A stretch of DNA of 63,864 nt, filler included, from an uncultured Candidatus Sumerlaeota bacterium (GTDB taxonomy: Bacteria > CAYMEV01), in NCBI GenBank assembly GCA_964389675.1. It is 3 parts of 3 records of this genome, joined end to end, with 100 filler letters (N's around TTAATTAATTAA, not from the genome) between each part and the next. Parts side by side here need not be neighbours in the genome. Positions count along the whole stretch, not along the records: positions 1 to 30,566 come from CAYMEV010000032.1; 2 more parts are not named here. One strand, given 5' to 3'. The notes beneath the pieces are model-generated. The model searched no databases and was not told the origin of the DNA. It saw only the letters and a list, made by a program, of their open reading frames with translations. Shown here in pieces: positions 1 through 9,667 of this stretch. How positions within the stretch are numbered: position 1 is the first letter of the stretch; each line of letters starts with the position of its first letter. A program made the translations under genes and the position numbers.

Positions 1-1
1 A

Positions 2-1321
2 TACTCAGCATGGAACCCTCAGAGAAATAATTATGTAACGGACGCATATCTTCCGAGAAACGGGTCTCCGTATCCTCAAGATCAAGAAATAGACAGTGAA
101 ACAGACAAATGCTTTTATAATATCTGGGAATGGCAGGAGGATGAATATGGAAATACATATATAGATTTTGACGAAGAGAAGTTGAATGGACTGGGAGAAC
201 TTCAGGAGAATTATGTAAAGAGGGTTGTTCAGAGCATACCTTTTGACTGCTGGAATGTAATATTTGAGATAGAGAATGAGCCTAAAGCTGTAATAGCAAA
301 TACCGATCTGGCAGATTACAACCTCTCGGCAAGGTGGAGCTATCAGGTGGCCTGCTGGATAAAGGAAGTAAGGCCTAAAGCCCTGGTAGCATTCAATGCC
401 CATGGCAGCCTATCAATAAGGAGAGCACTCTTTACACTGGATCAGGGAAGCGACAGGATGATAGACATAGTATCCATACATGCTTCATATGGTGCAGGCA
501 TTAATGACCACTGGCAGCTTGATGACCCCGATGGCCCTCCATATAATGGAGACTATACAGCATGGGAAAATGCCGAGAAGGGTTATATTCTGGATGCTTT
601 GGACAGGATAAGGGAGGATGATAATGCCCCTGTCAGCTCAAGGTTCTACATCATAGACAGCGATGGTGATTATGGAGATTTTGATTCTCCCAATGGTGTA
701 TATGATCAGAGTCCTGACAGGGTAAGGCAGATTGCAGGTATTGCCTCATTATTCGGGGCAGGGTATAACAATAAGTATTCCTCTATAACAAATTATAATG
801 CTCCTGTATTTGATCAAGATGATCTTGTTGAATTCAATAACTGTATAAATGATAGGTTTTTTGATGAAGAACAGGACTGGAAATACGGTATGTATAATAC
901 ATATCCAGATGATTACAGAAGAAGCTATTTTGAAAATAATGCCATCAGGTGTATTGCCCAGACCCCTATAATTAAAAGCAAGGATGTTTCATACAGTCTT
1001 ATATTCCATGTAATAAACAATGGAACCTGGGAGGATCTTGAACCTCCATTTTATATGTATGATAAAACTACCGGAACAACCAGTAAAATCTCAGAAACAC
1101 TGGATAAAGTGTATCCTGCCTGGGATTGGACCATTCCGATAAATAATCTTGGCAATGAACATAAAAAGATATTAACAATGACCTTTCCGCCTTCCCGTGG
1201 TGATTTTATAGTTCATGAGCTATTTTTAATAAAGAATCCATCTCCGGAGCAGAATCCTTTTGTTTATGACAGAATAGGCGGGGATGTCCTTTTTGTAGTT
1301 GTGAATCTGTCAGAGGACTAA
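2..1321 (+). CDS. Glycoside hydrolase clan-A (GH5-like) protein, 5' truncated by the window edge
   Basis: Frame is open from position 2 (YSAWNPQRNN...); WNVIFEIENEP resembles the clan-A acid/base NEP motif and is followed by IDIVSIH. Confidence 0.5.
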   Translation, partial: YSAWNPQRNNYVTDAYLPRNGSPYPQDQEIDSETDKCFYNIWEWQEDEYGNTYIDFDEEKLNGLGELQENYVKRVVQSIPFDCWNVIFEIENEPKAVIANTDLADYNLSARWSYQVACWIKEVRPKALVAFNAHGSLSIRRALFTLDQGSDRMIDIVSIHASYGAGINDHWQLDDPDGPPYNGDYTAWENAEKGYILDALDRIREDDNAPVSSRFYIIDSDGDYGDFDSPNGVYDQSPDRVRQIAGIASLFGAGYNNKYSSITNYNAPVFDQDDLVEFNNCINDRFFDEEQDWKYGMYNTYPDDYRRSYFENNAIRCIAQTPIIKSKDVSYSLIFHVINNGTWEDLEPPFYMYDKTTGTTSKISETLDKVYPAWDWTIPINNLGNEHKKILTMTFPPSRGDFIVHELFLIKNPSPEQNPFVYDRIGGDVLFVVVNLSED

Positions 1322-1328
1322 GAACCAA

Positions 1329-1356
1329 AGGCAACAGCAGCACGGTGCTGTTGCCT
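1329..1356 (+). terminator. Terminator-like hairpin after the first CDS
   Basis: AGGCAACAGCA-gcacgg-TGCTGTTGCCT, perfect 11-bp stem 7 nt after the stop; weak U-tract. Confidence 0.55.
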
Positions 1357-1965
1357 CTTCCTTGAAGGTAAAGAGGATATCCCTTGTCTGGATCATCTCC
1401 CCCTGCATTGCCTTTATGATAAGCTATTTTCTGATGATACTGGCAAATCCAGTTTTATAAGATGAAATGACTCTGTCAGATCTGTAATGAAAGCCTTAAT
1501 ATATCATTTCGATATATTTTTATAATCCGTGAATTGATAGGGGCATAAAACTATGAATTCTACCGGATGCTAATTGGATGATGTATAATGATATGCTTTA
1601 AGCAGCAAAACCATGGGCTTTTCAGGATTATCGAGAGCCATAGAGAAAGCCAGGGTGCCGATTATACTGGCCTTTGTGAAATAAGGGCTAAGCTCAATAA
1701 TTATATCAGATTGCTCCTGAGGGTATTACCTATGAAGTGATCCATGAAATTATTTCCTTTATAAAGATATTAGTTTAAGTGCCTAAAATACCCATTCCAG
1801 CCTGACTCTGTATTCATCTGTGATTATTCCTGATGTAGAGATGCACTCAAGCAAATAGAAGTAATTCCCCCGCTTAATACTGTCATTGAAAATATATAGA
1901 TGAGGGATTGAGGAATTTGCAATTATAGCTTTAATATATAATGATTACCTTTAACAGGCTCAAAA

Positions 1966-2358
1966 TCAGAGAAGCTTTCTTGAGCCAGAATAGATCTCTT
2001 CAATATTTATAACTGCTGCTGCATGCCCGGGGAATTTTGGATCAAGCCATTTTTTCATTTCATTGTAGAACCTGCCCTCTGTATGGTATTCAATAGTGCC
2101 TTTTACCTGAAAAGAATCATTTTCAGTGCTGATGAAAAGGACAGCACCTTTGCTTCCTGATCTTATATTTGCCCTTGTCTTGTCAAAATGATTATCAGCT
2201 ATGACTATCCTACCTTCTTCATACAGTTTTACACAGCTGGCATAGATTGCATTTGGAAGAGCTTTTTTATCTACAGTTGCAAAAACAACAGGGCCGTGCC
2301 TGTCATTCCAGGCCTTTATATACTCATTCGGAAGATATTTTTTCACTATTTTCTCCAT
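1966..2358 (-). CDS. Pyridoxamine 5'-phosphate oxidase-like FMN-binding protein
   Basis: FATVDKKALPN, IVIADNHFDKTRANI, FQVKG, IEEIYSG pattern of small split-barrel flavin-binding proteins. Confidence 0.8.
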   Translation of the reverse strand: MEKIVKKYLPNEYIKAWNDRHGPVVFATVDKKALPNAIYASCVKLYEEGRIVIADNHFDKTRANIRSGSKGAVLFISTENDSFQVKGTIEYHTEGRFYNEMKKWLDPKFPGHAAAVINIEEIYSGSRKLL

Positions 2359-2404
2359 AAAGATTAGATAAAGTGATCAGAGATCTGATCCATTAAAAAG
2401 TCGT

Positions 2405-2433
2405 GCCGGGCTGGATTTAGTTCCCAGCCCGGC
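2405..2433 (-). terminator. Hairpin terminator downstream of serA
   Basis: GCCGGGCTGG-N9-CCAGCCCGGC 10-bp stem, with TTTTT a few nt later on the minus strand. Confidence 0.6.
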
Positions 2434-2440
2434 TGAACAG

Positions 2441-3370
2441 CTATTTATTTACCTGAAATGTCCTGTCGCCCTTTTCAAGATAGCCCAGGATCTGATTTGC
2501 AGCTGCCAGGCCTGCATTTGCATTTGCTTCTTTGGTCTGAGCTCCCAGCTTTTTGGCTGTAAAGAATACCCTGTAACCGAATTTTTCAATCATCTCATCC
2601 TTGATATCAGGTGCAATATCTGATGCATATTTCAGGTCAGCCCTCTCTGTAAACAGTTTTAAGAGATCAGCTTCATGAATGACCTCTTTTCTGGCGGTAT
2701 TTATAAGTGTTGCTCCTTTTGGCATTTTTGAGAGGAGTTCATAATTGATGGACTGTTTTGTCTTTTCATTTGCAGGGATATGAAGCGAGATATAATCGCA
2801 TAATGAATAAAGCTCCTGTGCTGACTCAACTGCTTTTACGCCTTCAGATTCAATCTGGTCTTTTGGAATAAAGGGATCATAGGCATATACATCCATGCAA
2901 AAGCCTTTTGCAATACGGCCTACAAGACTGCCGACATGCCCGAAAGCATGAATACCCAGTTTCTTCCCCTTAAGCTCAGTCCCCGCCTGTCCGGTATAAT
3001 GAACTCTTGCCAGGTTCAGCATTAATCCGAATGCAAGCTCTGCCACAGCATTGGAGTTCTGCCCAGGAGTGTTCATAACAACAATGCCTTTTTTAGTTGC
3101 AGCCTCCAGATCAACATTGTCATATCCTGCTCCGGCACGGACTATGATCTTAAGATTGCTTGCAGCAGATATTACTTCTTCTGTAATCTTGTCGCTGCGG
3201 ACAATAACAGCATCCACATCACTTATGGCCTTTAAAAGTTCACTATTATCAGCATATTTTTCCAGCAATAAAAGCTTATAACCGGGGACAGAACTGAAAA
3301 CTTCGCGAATCCCGTTCACTGCTTCAGCTGAAAATGGTTTAACCGTTGCTATCAAAATTTTTTTATTCAT
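2441..3370 (-). CDS. serA: D-3-phosphoglycerate dehydrogenase, short form without ACT domain
   Basis: RAGAGYDNVD, NTPGQNSNAVAE, GIHAFGHVG, LINTARKE, KKLGAQTKEAN (Lys-type active site). Confidence 0.85.
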   Translation of the reverse strand: MNKKILIATVKPFSAEAVNGIREVFSSVPGYKLLLLEKYADNSELLKAISDVDAVIVRSDKITEEVISAASNLKIIVRAGAGYDNVDLEAATKKGIVVMNTPGQNSNAVAELAFGLMLNLARVHYTGQAGTELKGKKLGIHAFGHVGSLVGRIAKGFCMDVYAYDPFIPKDQIESEGVKAVESAQELYSLCDYISLHIPANEKTKQSINYELLSKMPKGATLINTARKEVIHEADLLKLFTERADLKYASDIAPDIKDEMIEKFGYRVFFTAKKLGAQTKEANANAGLAAANQILGYLEKGDRTFQVNK

Positions 3371-3422
3371 AAATATCTCCCGCTTTTATTTTTTTTAGGA
3401 CTATAGTTTTGCCCGTAATCTG

Positions 3423-3451
3423 ATTAAAGGACGGAATTCTTATTCCGTCAA
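3423..3451 (-). promoter_or_regulatory. Sigma70-like promoter of serA overlapped by a 20-bp palindrome
   Basis: Minus strand TTGACG-17nt-TTTAAT; GACGGAAT-N4-ATTCCGTC at 3430-3449. Confidence 0.5.
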
Positions 3452-3515
3452 GAATATAAAGAACTGCTGTCTCAGGCTCTAAAGGACCTGAATCTCCTGC
3501 TGTCTCAGGTCTTTT

Positions 3516-3827
3516 TTATTTTTCCAGTTCTGATCTTTTTAGCTGAACGATCTCTGTTGTATTTTCTGCTACCCTGAAGAGGACTATGATGACCTCAAGC
3601 CAGACCCTTATCATGATAACATATAAAAACCATATAATAGGGCTGATTATAAGCCCGAATATGATGGCAAAAAATTTCCCGGTAGCTATTGAAGAGAACA
3701 GAAAGCCCAAAGCTGCAATAGTAGCGAGAATGATACCGATAATAAATAATACTTTGATTATCTTTACGGTAATGAACTCTGAAAATGAAAGATCAAAAAT
3801 CTTTGCGAAAAAGCCTTTTTCCTGCAT
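3516..3827 (-). CDS. DUF4282-like small membrane protein
   Basis: FDLSFSEFITVKIIK...RVWLEVIIVLFRVAEN; two TM helices; GGAG RBS. Confidence 0.8.
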   Translation of the reverse strand: MQEKGFFAKIFDLSFSEFITVKIIKVLFIIGIILATIAALGFLFSSIATGKFFAIIFGLIISPIIWFLYVIMIRVWLEVIIVLFRVAENTTEIVQLKRSELEK

Positions 3828-3964
3828 AATAATATCTCCTTTTTGTATTTTATAAAAGGAAGTATATCATAAACAAAATAGCAAATGCAAATGGAAGATA
3901 ATTTTATTATTTAGTTGAAATTTTTTATTTTGGATGGCTGTTTTAAGAAAATATTTATTGTCTA

Positions 3965-5317
3965 TCAGGCTTCATTCGGCATGGCGGCCTTTTTCATACT
4001 GGTAAGTATTGATATCCAGATAAAAGCAATGATACCTGCAGTCCAGTCAGTGATAAGCCTTGCTGAAAAGATCCCGGCAATACCGAAAAAATGGTTCCCT
4101 AAATATGATAATGGAATGAGAAGAAGAACAATTCTGATAAAATTCAGAATTGTCGAAAATAGAGGCTTATGCAGACCTGTAAGGAAGAACCCTCCGTAAC
4201 GGTGAATCTCCATCATGCCGTAACCAAAGGATACAGTACGGACATAGAGGATAAATATCTCCGCAACCCTTATATCATCAGTAAAAAGCCCTGCAAGAAA
4301 AGGTGCATTAATATAGAACAGGACAGATACAAATACTCCATAGTAAAAAGCAAACCTTGTGGAATATATCCTTGATTCATGTATCCTGTCAAACCTCTTT
4401 GCACCGAAGTTCTGGCTTACAAAAGGCACAAGGGACATTCCAAGGGCCATTGGAATAATAAAGGCAAACATCTCAATCCTGCTGGCTGCACTTGCACCTG
4501 CAACAGCTGCATTTCCGTGCCGGCTTACCAGGGCTGTGATTATCCCCGCTGAGACCGGCATCAGTATCATGCTTATGCTTCCTGGTATGGCAAATCCCAG
4601 TATATGTTTCCATGTGCTTATAATTGATTCAATTGCAGGGCTTAGCAGATTGAGCAGCCTGTGTTTTCCTGTAAGGAGATAGAAAAGCCAGACAGAACAG
4701 ACAGATTGTGAAATAACTGTAGCAAGCGCTGCCCCTCGGATTCCCATTGCAGGGAACCCGAACCATCCGAATATCATAATCGGGTCCAGAATGCAGTTCA
4801 ATACTGCTCCTGATGCCATAAAAAGGCTTGCTGACCTGGAATCTCCGAGTGATATAAGGATCCCGTTCCCCATCATTGGAAAAGCCATAAATACCGCCCC
4901 AAGATACCATGTTTTCATATAGCCGCTTACAAGCGGCATAGTGAGCTCATCCGCCCCGAGCCTGCTGAAAACGAATGAGATACTGTTATATCCAATAATG
5001 GACATAACAGCAGTAACCAGTACTATAAGCATGACACCATGTGTGACAGTATGGGAGGCTTTCAATGGATCAGCTTTCCCCAGAGCATGGGAAGTGAGTG
5101 TTGTTATGCCTGTTCCGATCCCACCTGCAATAAATGTAACAAGCATAACTACAGGAAAAGTAAAGCCCATTGCAGCAAGCGGATCTGTGCCCAGTTTTGA
5201 TACAAACCATGTATCTGCAAGGTTATAGGTGTTCATGGCTATTGTGCCGACAAGCATCGGGAAGGCCATGCGGAAGAGGGTGCTTTTTACATTATGTTCT
5301 ATCAGTTTTGCCGTCAT
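3965..5317 (-). CDS. MATE family efflux transporter
   Basis: YNLADTWFV, NCILDPIMIFG, GIRGAALATVISQ, SQNFGAK; 450 aa, multi-TM. Confidence 0.93.
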   Translation of the reverse strand: MTAKLIEHNVKSTLFRMAFPMLVGTIAMNTYNLADTWFVSKLGTDPLAAMGFTFPVVMLVTFIAGGIGTGITTLTSHALGKADPLKASHTVTHGVMLIVLVTAVMSIIGYNSISFVFSRLGADELTMPLVSGYMKTWYLGAVFMAFPMMGNGILISLGDSRSASLFMASGAVLNCILDPIMIFGWFGFPAMGIRGAALATVISQSVCSVWLFYLLTGKHRLLNLLSPAIESIISTWKHILGFAIPGSISMILMPVSAGIITALVSRHGNAAVAGASAASRIEMFAFIIPMALGMSLVPFVSQNFGAKRFDRIHESRIYSTRFAFYYGVFVSVLFYINAPFLAGLFTDDIRVAEIFILYVRTVSFGYGMMEIHRYGGFFLTGLHKPLFSTILNFIRIVLLLIPLSYLGNHFFGIAGIFSARLITDWTAGIIAFIWISILTSMKKAAMPNEA

Positions 5318-5469
5318 GTTTATACTTTAATTTAAGATTCAGGAAAATGACTTTACCACAATTCCATTAATAATGCACAGAAATTAAAACATGACAGTAA
5401 TACAGCTATACTTCCTCTGCTAAAAATTGATCATGATCCTAAATATCGGCTGAATGCCAGTATTATTGC

Positions 5470-6969
5470 CTAATCCGCTTTTCCCCTGTATGTTGCAAGC
5501 GATACAATAACTATTGTTATGATTGAAATACAGAAACCAAAGACAAGGTCAATATGAGTACCCTTGAACAAAGGTATCAGATTTGTGACTATAACAGTGA
5601 GCAAAGCCATGATCATGCCTGATGCAATTCCCTGCTTTGTGGTCTTTTTCCACCAGAGAGAAAAGAAAATGGAGGGGCCGAATACTGCCCCCAGCCCACC
5701 CCAGGCGAACAAAACCATGTGATACACAAGCTGGCTTGTGGCAAGCGCTATTAAAAATGCAAATGCTCCGATCACCAGAGTTGCTATTCTGCTTATCAGG
5801 ACAAGCTTCTTCTCCGAAGCATTTTTATTAAAGATACGGTGATATATATCTTCTGCAACAGCAGAGGTTGAAGACAGAAGCTGAGAGTCCGCAGTCGACA
5901 TCATTGCTGCAATTGCCCCTGATATCATAATCCCTGCAATTACAGGCAAGGCCAGAAACTTCGCCATCATAGGCATAAGCTTCTCAGGGTCATCAAGCTG
6001 TCCGCCGAAGATATTCATATTCATGAACCAGTCGCCTTTAAGGATTGCTTCTGCGGATAATCCGGATGCCATTGAATCCCTGATAATAGCCATTCCTATA
6101 ATGCCTATGAATGTTGCACCCCAGAAAGCAAGTAATGCCCATACTGTTGCTATGAGCATACCCTTCTTCAGTTCCTTCCTGCTCCTGCTTGCCATATAGC
6201 GTGCAAGCAGGTGGGGCTGTCCCATGTAACCGAGACCGATACCCAGGGACCCGACAATGGTCAGGACCAAGGGAAGGCCAGTCTTGACTCCTGTTACAGA
6301 AAGAAGCTGCGGATTGATAAACCTTATATTCTCAGCCATCTTGCCGAAGCCGCCCAGATAGATTATGCCTAATACAGGAAGCACAACAAGGGTAAAAATC
6401 ATAATAATACCCTGAATAAGGTCTGTCCATGCTACAGCAAAGAATCCGCCCATGACTGTGTAGAAGAGTATTACGATTACTCCAATTACCATCCCCCAGA
6501 TTGGAGGTATATCAAAGGCCGCATTCAATACCTTGCCTGCAGCCAGAAACTGTGCAGCAACATATATTGTAAAAAAGAAGATAATAACTGATGCTGAGAT
6601 GATCCTTAACAATTTTGAAGAATCCTTATGCTTGTGTTCCAGGTAATCAGGTATTGTAATTGCATCAAGGTCCTCTGTTTCTGCCCTGAGTTTCCTGGAA
6701 ATAAATACCCAGGAGAATATGATACCGCAGGTACAGCCTATTGCCGGCCATATTCCAAGGAATCCGCTTGCAAGGGCAAGACCGGGAACGCCAATTAATA
6801 GCCAGGCACTTTCCCCGCTTGCTCTTTCTGAAAAGGCAACAACCCATGGATTAAGCTTTCTTCCGGCTATAAAATAATCAGAGATCGTTTTTGAGTATTT
6901 GTATGTAAGCAGCCCAACTATAAAAACAAATAAAAGATATACAATAAAACCTATAAATACAGCATTCAT
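5470..6969 (-). CDS. putP: Sodium/proline symporter (SSS family)
   Basis: DYFIAGRKL, ASGESAWLLIGVPG, GLGYMGQPHLLARYM, AAMMSTADSQLL. Confidence 0.9.
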   Translation of the reverse strand: MNAVFIGFIVYLLFVFIVGLLTYKYSKTISDYFIAGRKLNPWVVAFSERASGESAWLLIGVPGLALASGFLGIWPAIGCTCGIIFSWVFISRKLRAETEDLDAITIPDYLEHKHKDSSKLLRIISASVIIFFFTIYVAAQFLAAGKVLNAAFDIPPIWGMVIGVIVILFYTVMGGFFAVAWTDLIQGIIMIFTLVVLPVLGIIYLGGFGKMAENIRFINPQLLSVTGVKTGLPLVLTIVGSLGIGLGYMGQPHLLARYMASRSRKELKKGMLIATVWALLAFWGATFIGIIGMAIIRDSMASGLSAEAILKGDWFMNMNIFGGQLDDPEKLMPMMAKFLALPVIAGIMISGAIAAMMSTADSQLLSSTSAVAEDIYHRIFNKNASEKKLVLISRIATLVIGAFAFLIALATSQLVYHMVLFAWGGLGAVFGPSIFFSLWWKKTTKQGIASGMIMALLTVIVTNLIPLFKGTHIDLVFGFCISIITIVIVSLATYRGKAD

Positions 6970-7073
6970 TTGTTTTCCCTGTCCTCTCTTGAAAATTTGG
7001 CATATGCAATCAAAGCGACAGCCATAATAAATAATGGTGGAACAATGACAAAAAACAGCGTCCAGAAAGGCAT
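6966..7073 (-). CDS. 35-aa single-TM small protein translationally coupled to putP (absent from the ORF track)
   Basis: MPFWTLFFVIVPPLFIMAVALIAYAKFSREDRENK; AAAGGAGGT RBS; stop overlaps the putP start (ATGA). Confidence 0.75.
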   Translation of the reverse strand: MPFWTLFFVIVPPLFIMAVALIAYAKFSREDRENK

Positions 7074-7225
7074 ATATACCTCCTTTATTCTTTTTTTTGA
7101 ATTTTAATAAAAAAAATTAAAAAAATCAAGAACAGCAGAAAAATAATAAAATTTAAATTGGACTCAAGTTAAAATGAGTCCTAAAATATTAGCTATAGAA
7201 AATCATTTAAACAGGCGGTAAAATT

Positions 7226-8437
7226 ATGAAAAAATCCATGTTTTTTCTGATCATTGTATTATTCATTATTCAGGCTTCATTCACTCAGACAGAGAGTGGA
7301 TTATCCAATGTTTTAGCATTGCAGGAAGGCACATTGCCTGTGGCAGAACCTGCACATTATGGTAACTGGAGTGCTGAAAAAATGCTTGATGAGAGCCCGG
7401 AATCTGGCTGGGCTTCCATTGAAGGGAAAATCAGCAATAATATATTCATATTTGAAATGATCAACAGCTCAGCTTTACAGTATTTCGAATTCGATACAGC
7501 ATCAATAGATACTGAAGGGTCAGGCGCAAAGGATATAATTGTAGAAATATCCGGCAAATCAGAAGAGTCAGGGTATGAAACCGTACTAAAAGCAGCCCTT
7601 GCACCTTCTGCAAATAATCAGAGGTTTAAGGCTGATAAAATAAAAAACGGCAGGTATATCCGGCTTACCATTGTCAATAATCACGGATCAGCCCAGTATT
7701 CAGAGCTATTTTCCTTCAGGGGATACGGCATAAAGCCTGAAATAGCAAGCCCCATTGAAAATATATCCGGCACTTATTCCACCGATTATTCAAATTTCCA
7801 TGTAAAACAGCAGGGTACTGCCCTGGTCGGGTGCTATGAATATGATGAAGGGCTTCTTGACGGCATAATTGAAGGAAGGCTGATGAAGATCACATGGGTT
7901 GAAAAGGAAGGCAGGGGTCCGGCTGTAATGGTATTTTCGCCTGATGGCAAAAGCTTCCGAGGTTACTGGTGGTATAGCGGCAATGAAAAAAATCAGCCTG
8001 ACGGAAGCTGGGACGGGGAAAAAATAAGCTCCGATGTGGGAGGATGCCCCCACTGGGCTGGATCTCTGGGAAAGGAGCTAAAAAAACAGCTGGAAAAGGA
8101 TAAGCGCGCTCGTGTTTATGGAATACTTTTCGATCTGAACTCTTCCAAAATTCGCCCTGAATCCATCCCGGTACTTGAGGATATTCTGATGATCCTTAAA
8201 AGCGAAACCGGGTGGAAGCTTACTATAGAAGGACATACTGATTCCACAGGAACACAGGATCATAATAAGACTCTCTCACTGCAGAGAGCTGAATCTGTTA
8301 TGAAATACCTTACAGGAAAAGGGATTAGCCAGGAAAGGCTTAAGATAGAAGGGCATGGTTCCAGCAGGCCTGTAGCTGATAATTCCACTGAAGCAGGGCG
8401 CTCGCAAAACCGCCGGGTTGAGCTTGTAAGGCAGTAG
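7226..8437 (+). CDS. Exported OmpA-family protein with N-terminal discoidin/F5-8-like domain
   Basis: Signal peptide; GRYIRLTIVNNHG..YSEL discoidin-like; IEGHTDSTG, LSLQRAESV, NRRVE OmpA_C motifs. Confidence 0.85.
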   Translation: MKKSMFFLIIVLFIIQASFTQTESGLSNVLALQEGTLPVAEPAHYGNWSAEKMLDESPESGWASIEGKISNNIFIFEMINSSALQYFEFDTASIDTEGSGAKDIIVEISGKSEESGYETVLKAALAPSANNQRFKADKIKNGRYIRLTIVNNHGSAQYSELFSFRGYGIKPEIASPIENISGTYSTDYSNFHVKQQGTALVGCYEYDEGLLDGIIEGRLMKITWVEKEGRGPAVMVFSPDGKSFRGYWWYSGNEKNQPDGSWDGEKISSDVGGCPHWAGSLGKELKKQLEKDKRARVYGILFDLNSSKIRPESIPVLEDILMILKSETGWKLTIEGHTDSTGTQDHNKTLSLQRAESVMKYLTGKGISQERLKIEGHGSSRPVADNSTEAGRSQNRRVELVRQ

Positions 8438-8505
8438 GTCATTATAAATATGTAGAATAAATGCAGGCAAAATATAGTAATTAATATATTTTAAGGAGGT
8501 GAATT

Positions 8506-9141
8506 ATGGTATTCGAATATGAAGATATTATCAAAGTACTGCTTGCAATCCTTATTGGCGGACTAATAGGTGTTGAGAGGGAATACCATGATAAAGCTGC
8601 AGGGTTCAGGACAATAATCCTTATCTGTGTTGGAGCTGCATTATTCACCATTTTTTCGGCAAAACTTGCAGGCGGTAATGACCCTACCCGCATAGCAGCA
8701 AATATAGTGACCGGGATCGGCTTTCTGGGAGCCGGTGTAATTATTCGCGAGAGCGGCAGGGTATTGGGATTGACCACTGCTGCAACAATATGGCTTACTG
8801 CCTCAATAGGCATGGGAATAGGAAGCGGCCACTACATGTTCTGCGGTATTGTAACAGGAATAATGCTGATAATATTATGGCTTTTCCCAATAATTGAAAA
8901 AATATTTGTCATAAGCCATGATCAGAAAACCTATGAAATAAAGGGCATTAAAAGTGATATAAAGCTTCATGACCTGCAATCCGGGATAAAGGCATGCGGA
9001 CTGGACATAAAGCACTGCAGGATAGTTAAAGAACCAGGCAGCATTTCCTGCAGCCTGGATATTGCAGGAACAAGAAAAGGGCATGATAAACTTGCAAAAA
9101 TATTGAGCGATGATACAGAAGTAAATGAGCTAAGCTGGTAA
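8506..9141 (+). CDS. MgtC/SapB family membrane protein
   Basis: IGVERE, AGFRT, DPTRIAANIVTGIGFLGAG, GLTTAATIW; AAGGAGG RBS. Confidence 0.93.
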   Translation: MVFEYEDIIKVLLAILIGGLIGVEREYHDKAAGFRTIILICVGAALFTIFSAKLAGGNDPTRIAANIVTGIGFLGAGVIIRESGRVLGLTTAATIWLTASIGMGIGSGHYMFCGIVTGIMLIILWLFPIIEKIFVISHDQKTYEIKGIKSDIKLHDLQSGIKACGLDIKHCRIVKEPGSISCSLDIAGTRKGHDKLAKILSDDTEVNELSW

Positions 9142-9225
9142 AAACCCTCATTGTCAGATCATGCATACTAATAAAGATCAAGCAGATTTTTAATTATGAA
9201 AATACCCTCAGGCCTATTGTATTAA

Positions 9226-9657
9226 ATGCAAGCATCAACAGCAAATACAGTTAAAGCTTTTCTCTTTTATTTTGTGCAGTTTACCTGGGGATTGAGCGCA
9301 AATATCGCCGGTGGGCTATTATTCCTTATCTTTCGAATAAATGGTTCAATGAAAGAAAAGTACAGGCTCAGTATTATAACATATATAGACTTTAAATACC
9401 TGGGCGGTTTTTCTCTTGGAATATTCATTTTTATAAACAAAAATTGCAGGGGTTTGATGCTGAGCGAAACAAAAATGCATGAATACGGCCATACAATACA
9501 GTCAGCAGTATTGGGCCCGCTGTACTGGATTATCATTGCAGTCCCTTCCGTATTATGGGCACAATTTTTCCGGAATTACAGGAAAAAGAATAATATCCCT
9601 TATTCCTGGCTGTACTGCGAATCGTGGGCGGATAAATGGGGACAGCGCTTCGGCTAA
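9226..9657 (+). CDS. Small membrane protein with HExxH motif (putative zinc metallopeptidase)
   Basis: QFTWGL, GFSLG, HEYGHTIQS, ESWAD. Confidence 0.6.
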   Translation: MQASTANTVKAFLFYFVQFTWGLSANIAGGLLFLIFRINGSMKEKYRLSIITYIDFKYLGGFSLGIFIFINKNCRGLMLSETKMHEYGHTIQSAVLGPLYWIIIAVPSVLWAQFFRNYRKKNNIPYSWLYCESWADKWGQRFG

Positions 9658-9667
9658 GGCCTTCAGC

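Noticed and set aside
1357-1965. 600-bp intergenic stretch as ncRNA or pseudogene
   Set aside because: No long ORF, recognisable RNA motif or repeat that I could support
3396-3420. GCAAAACTATAGTCCTAA in the serA leader resembling part of a c-di-GMP-I riboswitch
   Set aside because: The GGCAAAC...GAAA P2 hairpin is absent and the leader is too short
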